From a virus (Duplodnaviria; Caudoviricetes), in IMG/VR virus record IMGVR_UViG_3300031951_000518, positions 1 to 37,868 of that record: 37,868 nt of DNA; one strand, given 5' to 3'. Under the pieces are notes generated by a model, which was not told where the DNA came from, made no database searches, and was given only the letters and a program-made list of their open reading frames with translations. Both the position numbers and the translations under genes were made by a program. Positions 23,158 to 32,854 of the stretch are shown here, in pieces (the stretch's first letter is position 1; every line of letters starts with the position of its first letter).

Positions 23158-25037
23158 AGGTATTCTCCTACCTCATGCAGCAGCACGAAGCCTTGAATGC
23201 GCATTTCCTCGGTGCCGCTCGCGTCTGAGCCCCACAAGGACGAGCCCCACACCGCAAGGCTCCACACATCACCACCCGAGGCCGTGCCCGTTTGAGCGGT
23301 GAACTTGATCGAGCCGAACGTGCCAAGCGCCGGGAGCGAAGTCCATTCCGAGCTTTGCACCACCTCCGAACCGCCCCACACAGCGCCGCCGTCCCAGGTC
23401 TGACCACCGTCCCAGGTTTGCCCGCCGACAGCAGCAACCGCAATCGGCGTTGAAAGGGTCGAAGTCTCTACGAAGTCCGTTGAGAGCCCGAGCGCCGGCC
23501 GGTTGGTTCCGGTCGCGGTCACAAGCGGCTTGACCATGCTGAAGCGCTTAATATTTGGCGCCCCGAACGCGCTGTAGGCGGTCTGTCCAACTGCTAAAAT
23601 CGGTACGTCAACGTCAGCCCTGCCCGTGTCGGCGCGATACACGTCACCGTCGTTGCCTGCGAAATACAAATTGTCGTTATAGACGACCCACGTATTGGCG
23701 TTGTGGTTGTCATATTCGCACCAGGCACCCGTCAGCGTGTTCATGACGTACTGTTTGGCGCTTTCGTTCTCAGCGGTTGGCACATTGACGATTAAGCGCG
23801 TGCCTTTGCTATAGACGCAGGCTTCCCAACCCCAAAGCGACTGGTAGGACAACGCCGCCTCGTTGAAGGCTTGGCTGATGCGCTCAGAAATCGCGACCCG
23901 ATCGGCTTGGCTTTGGTCCACAGACAGCAGTTGCGAAAGCGGGAATACGCCTTCGACCGTCGTCAGCAGCACGTCGCCGCCGAAGCGCGTAAAACAGCGC
24001 CGGCCGATCGGCGTCGGCACATCGAACACACCCACAAGCGCCCAAGTGTTTGCGCTGCTCGGGTCTGTGCCTTGGTAAACGGCCACCTGCCCCCGGCTCG
24101 AGATGGCGACGAAATAGTCATCCGCGCCGCTGCCGCCGTCGCGTGTCCACGTCGCAATCGCCAGCAGATAGCCGCCCCTCGTAAACAGTGAGCCGAATTG
24201 AAATTCACTCGCGGCGCCGGCTACAGCTTCCGTGCCGAGATAGGCGCCCTTAGTCGAGTCCTTGATAACGAACCAAAGCCGCTTTTTGTGGCTGATGACG
24301 CCAATCGCATCGCTTGAACTAATGCCAGTGATGGTGGGCGCCACCCACGACGTTCCGTTGTAATGCAAGGCCGCATCGGTGCCGTTGACCAAAAATAGGA
24401 ATGCGCCCGCGCTGGTCGTGTGATTGCACCATTGCCAACGGTTGACGCTCCCGGATGAGTAACCAAATGTTGCGGCTGCGTTGCTGGTTACGTCCCACAT
24501 GCAGCCACCAGCGGCGGCAATCATCTTGGAGCTGGACGGCCCCTGCCATACGGCCAGCGTTTCCACAAGCGGCTCATCCGCCTTGAATACGGTAATTGTG
24601 CCAGATCCCGCGCTGGTGATGTCGACCGCCGCGCCGCCGGCCGTTGTGGCCAGTTTGAACGTATTCGTGGCCGTGTCGCGCACGTAGTAAATGCGCGTCG
24701 CGCTCAAACCGGCCGGAATGGTCGTGGTGGCATAAATCTTGACCGCCGTCCCATCGGCTAGGCCGTGCGCATTGGACGTTAGCTCATCAGTCCCGGTATC
24801 AATGGCGGAAATCGTCTTCGGGGACGATCCCATGTCCCACGAATGCCACTTGTAGCCTTTACGCACTTCGACATAACCCGGCTGCGGAAACCAGTTGCGC
24901 AACTGCACTGCCCGCGTTTCTTTCATGGACGCAAGCGCGCTCGAGGCATCCCAGCCCTCGACCGGGGCCGGAAGAGCCTTCGACTTGACGACTTTAGCGC
25001 GGCGCAGATTACGGGCGAGCGGTTGCCGTAGGCTCAT
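23154..25037 (-). CDS. Tail hub / packaged-DNA stabilisation protein (tail tubular B / P22 gp10-like)
   Basis: 627 aa, beta-rich; PAPV.GW N-terminus; follows adaptor gene. Confidence 0.7.
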   Translation of the reverse strand: MSLRQPLARNLRRAKVVKSKALPAPVEGWDASSALASMKETRAVQLRNWFPQPGYVEVRKGYKWHSWDMGSSPKTISAIDTGTDELTSNAHGLADGTAVKIYATTTIPAGLSATRIYYVRDTATNTFKLATTAGGAAVDITSAGSGTITVFKADEPLVETLAVWQGPSSSKMIAAAGGCMWDVTSNAAATFGYSSGSVNRWQWCNHTTSAGAFLFLVNGTDAALHYNGTSWVAPTITGISSSDAIGVISHKKRLWFVIKDSTKGAYLGTEAVAGAASEFQFGSLFTRGGYLLAIATWTRDGGSGADDYFVAISSRGQVAVYQGTDPSSANTWALVGVFDVPTPIGRRCFTRFGGDVLLTTVEGVFPLSQLLSVDQSQADRVAISERISQAFNEAALSYQSLWGWEACVYSKGTRLIVNVPTAENESAKQYVMNTLTGAWCEYDNHNANTWVVYNDNLYFAGNDGDVYRADTGRADVDVPILAVGQTAYSAFGAPNIKRFSMVKPLVTATGTNRPALGLSTDFVETSTLSTPIAVAAVGGQTWDGGQTWDGGAVWGGSEVVQSSEWTSLPALGTFGSIKFTAQTGTASGGDVWSLAVWGSSLWGSDASGTEEMRIQGFVLLHEVGEYL

Positions 25038-25741
25038 AGATTCCAGTTTCCATCAGGCGTGCGAGCCCTTGGCGGGAGGTATTCGCTGTCAGGTCCACCC
25101 ATCACGATGATCGGCGACCCGCCGTCACGGTTCATGGCCCGCTTCACGGCAATTTCATAGGTTGTGAAGGCCTCGCTATAGTCAAGGCCGCGAGCGCGCA
25201 GAAAGCGCCACACCACGCCGAGCGTGATAAGCTCTTCGCGTAGCCACGCAATATCGGTGTCTGACTCAAATCCGTCGCGCGTCGGAGCCGTGCCGTCCGC
25301 CGCGCTGGCCCAATGCAAACTGACATATTCGTAAGCGTAAATGTCGCCAGCCGTAGGCGTCGGGGTAATCAGCAGCGAGTCGCCGCGAATGCGGAAGCCT
25401 TCTGTCACGTTCGGCGCAACGGTGGCTTGAATGGCCTGCCAATCCTGAATTGTCATCGGCCCCGCAATCCAGTTGTCGCGGGTGCGATTCCACATGCTGC
25501 CGTCAATCATGCGGTCGAAGTCGGTAGGGATAGCCCCCGGCTGCGCTGCCGTAGCAACCGCCGTGAAAGTTTTTTCTTTCGTAAGCGCTTGCCAGTTAAA
25601 GCGGGACGCGAGGTCCCGCCCTTCCTGTTGTGCCAGACCCAGCAGGTTGCGGACTTGTATGTCGGCAGAGCCGATAATAGCCGTTGGGCGGACAACGCCG
25701 ATCCGATCCGCTGCGGTCTGGATGATGGTGAGCAAGCTCAT
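25034..25741 (-). CDS. Head-tail adaptor (tail tubular A-like)
   Basis: MSLLTIIQ...W..L...P.DF.R ... FRIRG..L...P.P ... EYVS ... LG..WRF...GL.Y. Confidence 0.7.
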   Translation of the reverse strand: MSLLTIIQTAADRIGVVRPTAIIGSADIQVRNLLGLAQQEGRDLASRFNWQALTKEKTFTAVATAAQPGAIPTDFDRMIDGSMWNRTRDNWIAGPMTIQDWQAIQATVAPNVTEGFRIRGDSLLITPTPTAGDIYAYEYVSLHWASAADGTAPTRDGFESDTDIAWLREELITLGVVWRFLRARGLDYSEAFTTYEIAVKRAMNRDGGSPIIVMGGPDSEYLPPRARTPDGNWNL

Positions 25742-26352
25742 GCGGCTTGAGCCTCAGACTTGGGCGGGCGTCCGCGACGACGCGGCGGGCCGTCGGCATC
25801 GTCGTCATCCGCGTTAGATTGCTGAATGACAAGCTGCCGCAGCTCTTCCAACTGGTCGCGAAGATCGGTGATTTCCGCATCCTTGACGGCCAACTGCTCT
25901 GCAACCTTGTTGGTGTCTTTGGCGGCCAAGAACGCTTGCGCCTGGCGCTGGAGTTCTATCACGCCCGGAAGCTGGACCCGCGACACGACGGAACTCGAGG
26001 CTTCGGCGATGTCTTCGACGGAGCGCAGGCCGAACGTCTTGAATACGTCCGCTTGCTCGGGCGTGATGCCGGGCCAAGCGCCAAGCGGCGTGCCGTTGGC
26101 GGGGATTTCATGGCCTTTCTTCCAAGCCTGATAGGCAGGCTCAAGCTGCGCCCATCGATCGCGGGCATATCTGCAGGCGATATTATCGGCGTCGGCGTCC
26201 TCGCGGATCTTTGACAGCGAGTCGATGCGGGCTACGGTGGTCGACCGCTGCGCCATGCCGGGCGCGCAGTATTCGACCATATCAACGGCTTTCACGCCGT
26301 CCTTGGCTTTAACGTATGTTGTCCAAAATTTCACAATTCTCAGCGTATTCAT
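25738..26352 (-). CDS. Hypothetical protein downstream of capsid genes
   Basis: GTPL..WP.I ... G...VE.IA HhH-like motif; C-terminal RRGRPPK. Confidence 0.7.
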   Translation of the reverse strand: MNTLRIVKFWTTYVKAKDGVKAVDMVEYCAPGMAQRSTTVARIDSLSKIREDADADNIACRYARDRWAQLEPAYQAWKKGHEIPANGTPLGAWPGITPEQADVFKTFGLRSVEDIAEASSSVVSRVQLPGVIELQRQAQAFLAAKDTNKVAEQLAVKDAEITDLRDQLEELRQLVIQQSNADDDDADGPPRRRGRPPKSEAQAA

Positions 26353-26369
26353 GGTGTCTCCTCAAAGGT

Positions 26370-26396
26370 TGCCCCGAGGCTGTGAACCTCGGGGCA
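26370..26396 (-). terminator. Stem-loop after capsid/decoration genes (weak terminator or stabiliser)
   Basis: TGCCCCGAGG / CCTCGGGGCA 10-bp stem; only a short U tract. Confidence 0.45.
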
Positions 26397-26406
26397 TTGC
26401 CTCGGT

Positions 26407-26892
26407 TTACCAGGGGAAGTCGCACATCACGATTTTTGCCGACGCGTCGACCGCGTAAGCGACGATCGAGTCGGTAACGAGCGCCGACACGTCGAGCGTG
26501 CCGTCCGTCGCACCGACCGCAGTCAGGGCGTTGCCGTCTGCGCCAGCGGTGAGCGCCGTGTTAAGCGTGGCGGAACCTTTGATTTGAATCCAGCACCATT
26601 CGCCGTCTGCCGGTGCCGACTGAAGCACGCCAGCGCCAAGACCCGCCGAGTCCGACAGGTCGGACGTGACGACAGTCGTGGCACCCGCCGAAACACCGCC
26701 GGGCGCGTAGTAATAGCAAACGTTGCCCACGACGGCCGCCACCGGGCCAGCGCCCGTGTCGTATTGGACGAACTTGTAGACTTTGCCGTCCGGTCCAATG
26801 AAGTGATCGCCCGCGCCCGGCGCGTTGCCGTCCGTGCGCAACTGCGAAGTCGTCCAAGTGCCCGTCAAAAGGGCTCCAATAGAAAGAGTCAT
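26407..26892 (-). CDS. Capsid decoration protein (putative)
   Basis: 161 aa Gly/Ala/Thr-rich; directly after major capsid; G..YKFVQY and WCWIQ.KG motifs. Confidence 0.6.
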   Translation of the reverse strand: MTLSIGALLTGTWTTSQLRTDGNAPGAGDHFIGPDGKVYKFVQYDTGAGPVAAVVGNVCYYYAPGGVSAGATTVVTSDLSDSAGLGAGVLQSAPADGEWCWIQIKGSATLNTALTAGADGNALTAVGATDGTLDVSALVTDSIVAYAVDASAKIVMCDFPW

Positions 26893-26907
26893 AGATTGCC
26901 CTCCTGA

Positions 26908-27882
26908 TTAGGTCAGATCGTGGATGCGGCCCTGGAGAGCGAGGTTGCTCGCGCAAACCGCACCCATCCAATAGATCGGCACCAACACAGCGTCTTGGTT
27001 GGTCGGGACTTTTTCGTCGTCCTCAGTCCACTTCGCGTCGGGATGCTCGGTGAGATACAGATACTTCGTGTTGAGGAAGTAGCCGAGCTCAGCGGTTGTC
27101 CCATAATTCGTATTGTCGTCGAAGATGATCGACGCCGACTTGTACTTGAGCGCCTCAAATCCGAGGTCACCCATGCGGGCATCCGCATAGCGCTGGAGAT
27201 CCTGCAACCCGCCCTCGAAAATCGTATAGATGTCGTGGGAGAAAATCAGCAGGTCCGGTTTGTCCGCGCCACGGTTCTGCGCGATCCATTCCGCGTTCAT
27301 GGCAAGACGCAAGTTCGCATAGGTAATGGCAGTACCGCCACCGGCCGCGATTTCGTTGAACTTGTTCTTCCAGAACGTGTAAGTGCCGGCGTTGATGCCG
27401 CCCTTCGTTCCGGTGCCGTCTGCCGTGATGAGATGGGCGAAGCCGCCGATCTGGTTGGTCAGAGCGCCGTCGGAATACATATCGACGCTCATGTTGTTCG
27501 CCGCCGTGGCCATGGCCACGTCCGTGCGAGCTTTCACAAGATCAATCATCTTCTGCTCGGAATTGTTCATCCGAAGCTCGCGACCGGACGCCGTAACGTG
27601 CAGCGCAACCTGCGACCAGTCATACTTGGCAGCGCTCAGCACGTCCGAGGACGCGACGTTGAGCGTGTCGTAGCCGCTATAACGCTGATAGGTCGCGTTT
27701 TCGGCGTAGCTCAGCGGAATGGCAATTTCGTAACCGCCTGACGTGTCGGTTTTGATGTTGCCGCGTTCGCGCATGAGCGTCAGCGCGCCGTTGTGCTTGG
27801 TAACGTTGTCGACCACCTTCTTGTGGTGCTTTCTCATGGTCGTGCTCACCATTTCGGTAAACACGCTATTCGGGCTGGGCAT
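26908..27882 (-). CDS. Major capsid protein
   Basis: 324 aa after scaffold with strong AAGGA SD; SGG..I..PL.Y..N..Y.RYSGYD.L ... YFLNT.YL pattern. Confidence 0.88.
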   Translation of the reverse strand: MPSPNSVFTEMVSTTMRKHHKKVVDNVTKHNGALTLMRERGNIKTDTSGGYEIAIPLSYAENATYQRYSGYDTLNVASSDVLSAAKYDWSQVALHVTASGRELRMNNSEQKMIDLVKARTDVAMATAANNMSVDMYSDGALTNQIGGFAHLITADGTGTKGGINAGTYTFWKNKFNEIAAGGGTAITYANLRLAMNAEWIAQNRGADKPDLLIFSHDIYTIFEGGLQDLQRYADARMGDLGFEALKYKSASIIFDDNTNYGTTAELGYFLNTKYLYLTEHPDAKWTEDDEKVPTNQDAVLVPIYWMGAVCASNLALQGRIHDLT

Positions 27883-27894
27883 TTATTCGTTTCC

Positions 27895-29013
27895 TTAAGC
27901 TGAGTTGTGACGGCGCCAGACGCCCCGCAAATCGTCGTCGATTGAGACGTTTGCATTGGCTGGCGCGGGTGAGGAGCGCACGTTGATGCTTGCTGCCCGC
28001 CGGGCCTTGTCGGCTGCGGCTTTGGCGTCTTCGATCTTCTTGCGTTCGGCTTCCTGTGCCTGCCGCTCTAAGAGTGCAGCTCGCGTCTGTGGGTTGGCCC
28101 ATTGAGCCCGCTCATACGCTTCCTTGAGCACTTCCTGTGGTGGCCGGTTAGGGTTGGCCTGCATGATGATTTGCGCCATGGGGAGCATGTCCGACATCAA
28201 CTGGTTGATGTCTGGTTTGTCCTTGGCGAACTCGTCAACGATACGCTGATATTCTGCATTCTTGGCTTCCTGTTCGACCTTTTCGCGGTCGATGACACGA
28301 TTGCCAACTTCGCCGAGACGACGTTCCAACTCCTCAATCTTGGCCTGTGAAGCGCGGTGCCGCGCCTCCCATTGAGCGGTTTGTGGATCTTGGACGGCGA
28401 AAGGGTCTGGCACGAGCGATGCAAGATCGATCCCATGGTGCTGGGCTGCGAGCTTGATGAACTCGACCGGATCGCGCGACAGCATGGCGTCGGCGCGGTA
28501 GAGGTTGCTGATGTATTCAGGCGTGCGCGCTTCGTTGGGCACGTTTTGAAGAATTGGCGCCAGCGTGCGCTGGAAATCGTCGGCGAAGCGGGCTTTTTGG
28601 CCTAGCTCGCTGATCTTCGCATGTGCTTCGGTTTCACGCTGGTTGATGTAGGTCTGCACCTCTGGCGGCAGCTTGTCCCAATGAGCGCGGCTTTCAGCGC
28701 TCCACGACTGCGGCGGCGGGGTTGCGGGGGCTTTGGGCGTCTCGACTGGCGGCTTGGCTTCAACCGGCTTTTCAGCGGGCGCCTTGCTTTCTACAGGTGC
28801 CTCGATAGGTGCCGCTTCACCGTTCTTCGATGCAAACTTGCCATCCGGCCCGCGCTCGCGCGTGGCGTTGCGGTAGACCTTGGCGAGATCGTCCCGCATT
28901 TCCTGCTCTTCGCGCGTGATGCGATCGCCGGGGCTTTCGCGTTCGGCTGGCGCTTCAACTGGTGCCGGCGGCGGCGCCTGCGGGACTTCTGCGACTGACT
29001 GTTCGAGTTCCAT
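27895..29013 (-). CDS. Capsid scaffolding protein
   Basis: Pro/Glu-rich N-terminus, RG.DGKFA, PP.SW.....W.KLP...Q.YI..RE, coiled coil; precedes capsid. Confidence 0.8.
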   Translation of the reverse strand: MELEQSVAEVPQAPPPAPVEAPAERESPGDRITREEQEMRDDLAKVYRNATRERGPDGKFASKNGEAAPIEAPVESKAPAEKPVEAKPPVETPKAPATPPPQSWSAESRAHWDKLPPEVQTYINQRETEAHAKISELGQKARFADDFQRTLAPILQNVPNEARTPEYISNLYRADAMLSRDPVEFIKLAAQHHGIDLASLVPDPFAVQDPQTAQWEARHRASQAKIEELERRLGEVGNRVIDREKVEQEAKNAEYQRIVDEFAKDKPDINQLMSDMLPMAQIIMQANPNRPPQEVLKEAYERAQWANPQTRAALLERQAQEAERKKIEDAKAAADKARRAASINVRSSPAPANANVSIDDDLRGVWRRHNSA

Positions 29014-29462
29014 TAGTTCCTCACCCGTTTGCGACGGCGCCGTGGCGCGTTGCGCTCTAGGACTTGTTTAACGTCGTGCACGTACTCACTATTCAACGAC
29101 CACATGGCGTCGAGATCCTTCTGGATTCGCGTAGCTTTGCGGTCCTTGCGGTGGCGTTGGGCCTCTATTGATTCCTCGCAAACCCGGACGCCTTGCTTCT
29201 TGGCGAATGTCGGATTGACGTAGCCGCGTTTGCGCTTCGGCGGATCGGCTTCGACGCAGTTGTTGGCCTTCAAGTCCTCCCGACGCCATGAGCGCGATGT
29301 AATCCACCTGTCATCGATGGGGCTGCGATAAGGCTCGATGTCCCGCATCACCATCGGCGCGCGGATCTGGCTTTCATCGTGGGCAAGTTCGTTGTGGCTC
29401 AACATTGGGAAGCCGTCGCGGTCGACGATGTTCCCGTTCCTGTAGAAGTATCGTTGTCTCAT
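29013..29462 (-). CDS. Hypothetical phage protein preceding scaffold
   Basis: AP.VM.DI.PY.SPID...ITSRS..RE.LK...C.E; start ATG 29462. Confidence 0.7.
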   Translation of the reverse strand: MRQRYFYRNGNIVDRDGFPMLSHNELAHDESQIRAPMVMRDIEPYRSPIDDRWITSRSWRREDLKANNCVEADPPKRKRGYVNPTFAKKQGVRVCEESIEAQRHRKDRKATRIQKDLDAMWSLNSEYVHDVKQVLERNAPRRRRKRVRN

Positions 29463-30919
29463 GCGACCATGGATAGAATGGCTAGAATGTCTTCCTCGTC
29501 TTGCCACTCGCGCATTTCACGTTGATGCGCGGCGACCATCTGGCGAAGAACGCGGAGTTCACGTTGCAGCGCCAGCATCTCCCCACCGTCCACAATGGCC
29601 GTCGCCTTAGAAATCGCCCGGACTTCGGCCGGCTTGATCAAGGCAACCGGCTTGGCCTCTATTGCTTCGATCTTCTCCGCAATTTCGGGCTCGAGGCCCT
29701 TGACTTTGCGGTAGACCTTGGCGAGCTGTTCCCGGATCTGGGCCTCAGCTTCGCGTTCTTCACGCTCGCGGCGCAGGCGAGCCCGGCGGCGGTCGTCGTC
29801 CTCGACCCAACCACCCGTAACGCGCGTGTTATCGACGACGACAAGCGCAACAGCGTTGCCCGAACCAACTCCCGAGGCCGAACCTGTTGCAATCGCGAGA
29901 GATTGCCCAACGGCGGACGCCGTGCTGGTTCCCGATGCGGTGCCAGTGCCAGTTCCGCCGGAAAGGCTTACGCCTGAAGCAGCGCCTGCGCCCGATGCGG
30001 AGCCCGTGCCCGTGGCGAGCGCTGCACCTGTGGCGGTCCCCGTGCCCGCTCCGGCCGCACTGCCCACGCCAACGGTAGACGCCTGACCAACACCCGAGGC
30101 CGTTCCCGCTCCTGCCGCAGAGCCCGTGCCGGTGAAGTTCGCACGACCAACGCCAGACGCGGCACCTGTAGCCGAAGCGCTGCCAGCCCCGGCAAAGTTG
30201 GCGTTTCCGACACCAGATGCAGTGCCCGTGCCTGTGGCCGAACCAGCCGCGAGTGCATTGGCCTGGCCAACACCCGAGGCCGTACCGGTGCCGCTCGCTG
30301 TGCCGGTTGACGCTCCAGCAACAGAGACGCCCGTTGCCGCACCCGTGCCGGCAGCACTGCCAACGCCGATCGCAAGCGGGGCACCAACACCAGAAGCGGT
30401 GCCCGATCCTGCGGCCGATCCAGCCGCTAAGGTGGCGGCTGCGCCAACAGCGGAAGCCGTGCCCGTGCCGTTTGCGGAACCGTCAGCACGCGCAGTCGAA
30501 GCGCCCGTGCCCGACGCAGCGCCAGTGCCCGAAGCCGACCCGGCAGAAAGTGCATTCGATGCACCGACACCGGAAGCCGTGCCGGTGCCAGCGGCCGTTC
30601 CTGCCCCGGCTGCGTTAGACTGACCAACGGCGGAAGCCGTTCCAGATCCCGACGCTGAACCGACCGAAATCGCGGCAGCAACACCGACGCCGGACGCCGT
30701 TCCAGATCCAGCCGCAGAGCCAACGCCAATCCCTAGCGCCGCTCCAACAGCAGATGCGGCACCAGAAGCTGCCGCAGCGCCAACCGCCGTAACAATGGAT
30801 AATCCGACCGCACTCGCGGACCCGGACCCTGAAGCGGTGCCCGTCCCAACAGACGACGCGGCGGCATTTTCAAGACCCGCAAGTGGTTGGGTCGATAACG
30901 GGCGATGGCCTAACGCCAT
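29459..30919 (-). CDS. Ala/Gly/Ser/Thr-rich 20-aa repeat protein, fibre-like
   Basis: About 17 tandem repeats of xxxxxxxGSAxGxGTASxVG, then a charged coiled-coil C-terminus. Confidence 0.75.
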   Translation of the reverse strand: MALGHRPLSTQPLAGLENAAASSVGTGTASGSGSASAVGLSIVTAVGAAAASGAASAVGAALGIGVGSAAGSGTASGVGVAAAISVGSASGSGTASAVGQSNAAGAGTAAGTGTASGVGASNALSAGSASGTGAASGTGASTARADGSANGTGTASAVGAAATLAAGSAAGSGTASGVGAPLAIGVGSAAGTGAATGVSVAGASTGTASGTGTASGVGQANALAAGSATGTGTASGVGNANFAGAGSASATGAASGVGRANFTGTGSAAGAGTASGVGQASTVGVGSAAGAGTGTATGAALATGTGSASGAGAASGVSLSGGTGTGTASGTSTASAVGQSLAIATGSASGVGSGNAVALVVVDNTRVTGGWVEDDDRRRARLRREREEREAEAQIREQLAKVYRKVKGLEPEIAEKIEAIEAKPVALIKPAEVRAISKATAIVDGGEMLALQRELRVLRQMVAAHQREMREWQDEEDILAILSMVA

Positions 30920-31284
30920 TAGGGAAGCGCCTGGAAGTTAGCGCGGGCGAGAACCATCCCGTGCGTGTCAACGTCGTTGAGGAAGAACGCAATGGCGTCC
31001 ACAAACACGTCCTTGGTGCCCGCCGAGAAGTTCACCGCAGAGCCCGCGTTGCTCGATGCCGTGACTTCCGTTCGTTCGATCTGATTAGACGCGCTGTAGG
31101 TGCCGCGACCCGTCTCCCATTCCGCCGCGCTTTGATGCTGGATCACGTAGGGCACGCGATCTCCGACTGCATACACAGCCGAGAACGTTTGATACCCTGT
31201 TGGCGCCGTGCCGGTCACAGTCACAGTGCCCGTTCCGGTGGTTGTCGACGTGTCCTTGACGCGATCAAAAAAGCCCCAGCTCAT
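30919..31284 (-). CDS. Putative structural (fibre-base) protein
   Basis: DRVK.T.TTTGTGT...WE.G.GTY ... VNF.AGTKDVF; TGATG-coupled start 31284. Confidence 0.6.
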   Translation of the reverse strand: MSWGFFDRVKDTSTTTGTGTVTVTGTAPTGYQTFSAVYAVGDRVPYVIQHQSAAEWETGRGTYSASNQIERTEVTASSNAGSAVNFSAGTKDVFVDAIAFFLNDVDTHGMVLARANFQALP

Positions 31285-32195
31285 CACCAAGCCCCTATTA
31301 TCACGAGGCCATCACCACCACGGCCGCCCGCACCACCGACGCCAGCGGCGTTGTTCGTGCCGCCGCCGCCACCGCCGCCCGATCCATAAGCTCCATCACC
31401 GCCACGGCCAGCCGTCGCAGCACCAGCGCCACCGCCGCCCGCGCCGCCCGTGAAGAGCAACGGAGGAAAGCCGGCGCGCACGTCGGTGAAGTCAATTCGT
31501 CGGTTTGCCTGAAATCCGGGGCTTCCGGGGTTCGTCGTGGTAGCGCCCGCAATTGTCGGCACAAGGCCCGCTCCCGATACTGCGCCTCCCGCGCCCGTTC
31601 CATTGCCGCCACCCGCGCCGCCGCTCACAGTTATGCCAGAGCCGCCAAACGTGACGCTAACTCCTGTTCCGTTGCTGGCGCCTGCACCCGCCGCACCGGC
31701 TTGGCCTTGGATTGAAACCCACAAGCCTAACGCACCCCATGCAAAATTTCCGGAGCTTCCGATTGCGCCCGCCGTTCCCGCCGTAGTCGCCGACGCGCCG
31801 CCGCCGCCGCCCGCCTGCGACATAATGAGGTTAGCGCCCGTATTGTTTGGCTGCACGGACACGAAGCTTGTCGTGCCTGTTGTTCCTGCGCCTGCCGTCG
31901 CACCACCCGCGCCGCCGCTTCCAGCACGGACAAACAACACATCAGGTAAAGCAAAAGCCGGCCCAAACCAGCGCGACATGCCGCCCGAGCCACCGCCACC
32001 AGCGCCCGTGGTGCCGTTGCCAGACACACCACCACCACCGCCGCCACCAGCTGCAATCATCATAATATAAACCATGCTTGCGCCGCGCGGTTTCTTCCAA
32101 GGGCGCCAGCCTTCCGTCGTGGTGGCGCTGTTTGGTGGGTAGAAAACTTCCCACGAGAACGGCTGTGATTTTGGAAGCCCGAAACCGTCAAGCAT
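31284..32195 (-). CDS. Glycine-rich fibre-like protein
   Basis: W.KP.GA..V.I...AGGGGGGG N-terminus and GG.GG.G.V.I..W C-terminus. Confidence 0.7.
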   Translation of the reverse strand: MLDGFGLPKSQPFSWEVFYPPNSATTTEGWRPWKKPRGASMVYIMMIAAGGGGGGGVSGNGTTGAGGGGSGGMSRWFGPAFALPDVLFVRAGSGGAGGATAGAGTTGTTSFVSVQPNNTGANLIMSQAGGGGGASATTAGTAGAIGSSGNFAWGALGLWVSIQGQAGAAGAGASNGTGVSVTFGGSGITVSGGAGGGNGTGAGGAVSGAGLVPTIAGATTTNPGSPGFQANRRIDFTDVRAGFPPLLFTGGAGGGGAGAATAGRGGDGAYGSGGGGGGGTNNAAGVGGAGGRGGDGLVIIGAW

Positions 32196-32403
32196 CTAGG
32201 TCGGGCGCCCATGCTGGCGGCGTCACGCCGATGTGTGGCTCGGCGCCGGAATCTATGGTCGTGTAGTCGCCGCAGTTCGGGTCCGGCGTGCCATCGTCCT
32301 GGAAAATCGCGCACGGCGTTCGAGGCTCAAGGTTTTCGTTCATGACCTGATAGCCGAAGTCACTGCCGCCGTTAAAGCGTATCCGCCAAAAGACCCAGGC
32401 CAT
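32188..32403 (-). CDS. Hypothetical protein (71 aa)
   Basis: ATG 32403 immediately after the upstream stop. Confidence 0.6.
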   Translation of the reverse strand: MAWVFWRIRFNGGSDFGYQVMNENLEPRTPCAIFQDDGTPDPNCGDYTTIDSGAEPHIGVTPPAWAPDLDA

Positions 32404-32404
32404 G

Positions 32405-32854
32405 TCAGTATTTCCCTGCAATCACGGTCGGATTAAAACCAGTCGTACCGGCGCCCGTGCTGGTGCCGAATGTGACGAAGAGCTTGGTTGAGGCCGGCAA
32501 GCCAAGGTTTAATTGCAGCTCGTACTGCGGCGATGCCGTGGTGTTGCTCGCCGTCCAAGCTGCAATCGTGATTTCAGCAAGGATTGACGAGTTGGCCGCT
32601 GTGTTGGTCGTGCCGGGCGTGAATGTGCCCGTATTCGAGCACCAGAACACCCGCGCCACCGTGGCTGCGATTGTGCTAATCGGCTTGAAGATAATCGACC
32701 GCACATAGCTGCCGTTGGTCGCGTCCGCCGTATAAACGAGATAGCTGTTGGCGCCCGTTCCATCCGTTGCGGTGTTGGCGCTTGAGCCAACCACCGAGCC
32801 TGCAATGCTGATGTCTGGCGTCCTGGTATAAATGGGGTCTGTATTTGCCGGCAT
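32405..32854 (-). CDS. Putative structural protein, Thr/Ala-rich beta
   Basis: MPANTDPIY ... I.GKY; GAGG SD. Confidence 0.65.
   Translation of the reverse strand: MPANTDPIYTRTPDISIAGSVVGSSANTATDGTGANSYLVYTADATNGSYVRSIIFKPISTIAATVARVFWCSNTGTFTPGTTNTAANSSILAEITIAAWTASNTTASPQYELQLNLGLPASTKLFVTFGTSTGAGTTGFNPTVIAGKY

Noticed and set aside
30126-32070. Pro/Ala-rich plus-strand ORFs (30126-30623, 31537-32070)
   Set aside because: Reverse-complement read-out of Gly-rich codons in the fibre-like genes
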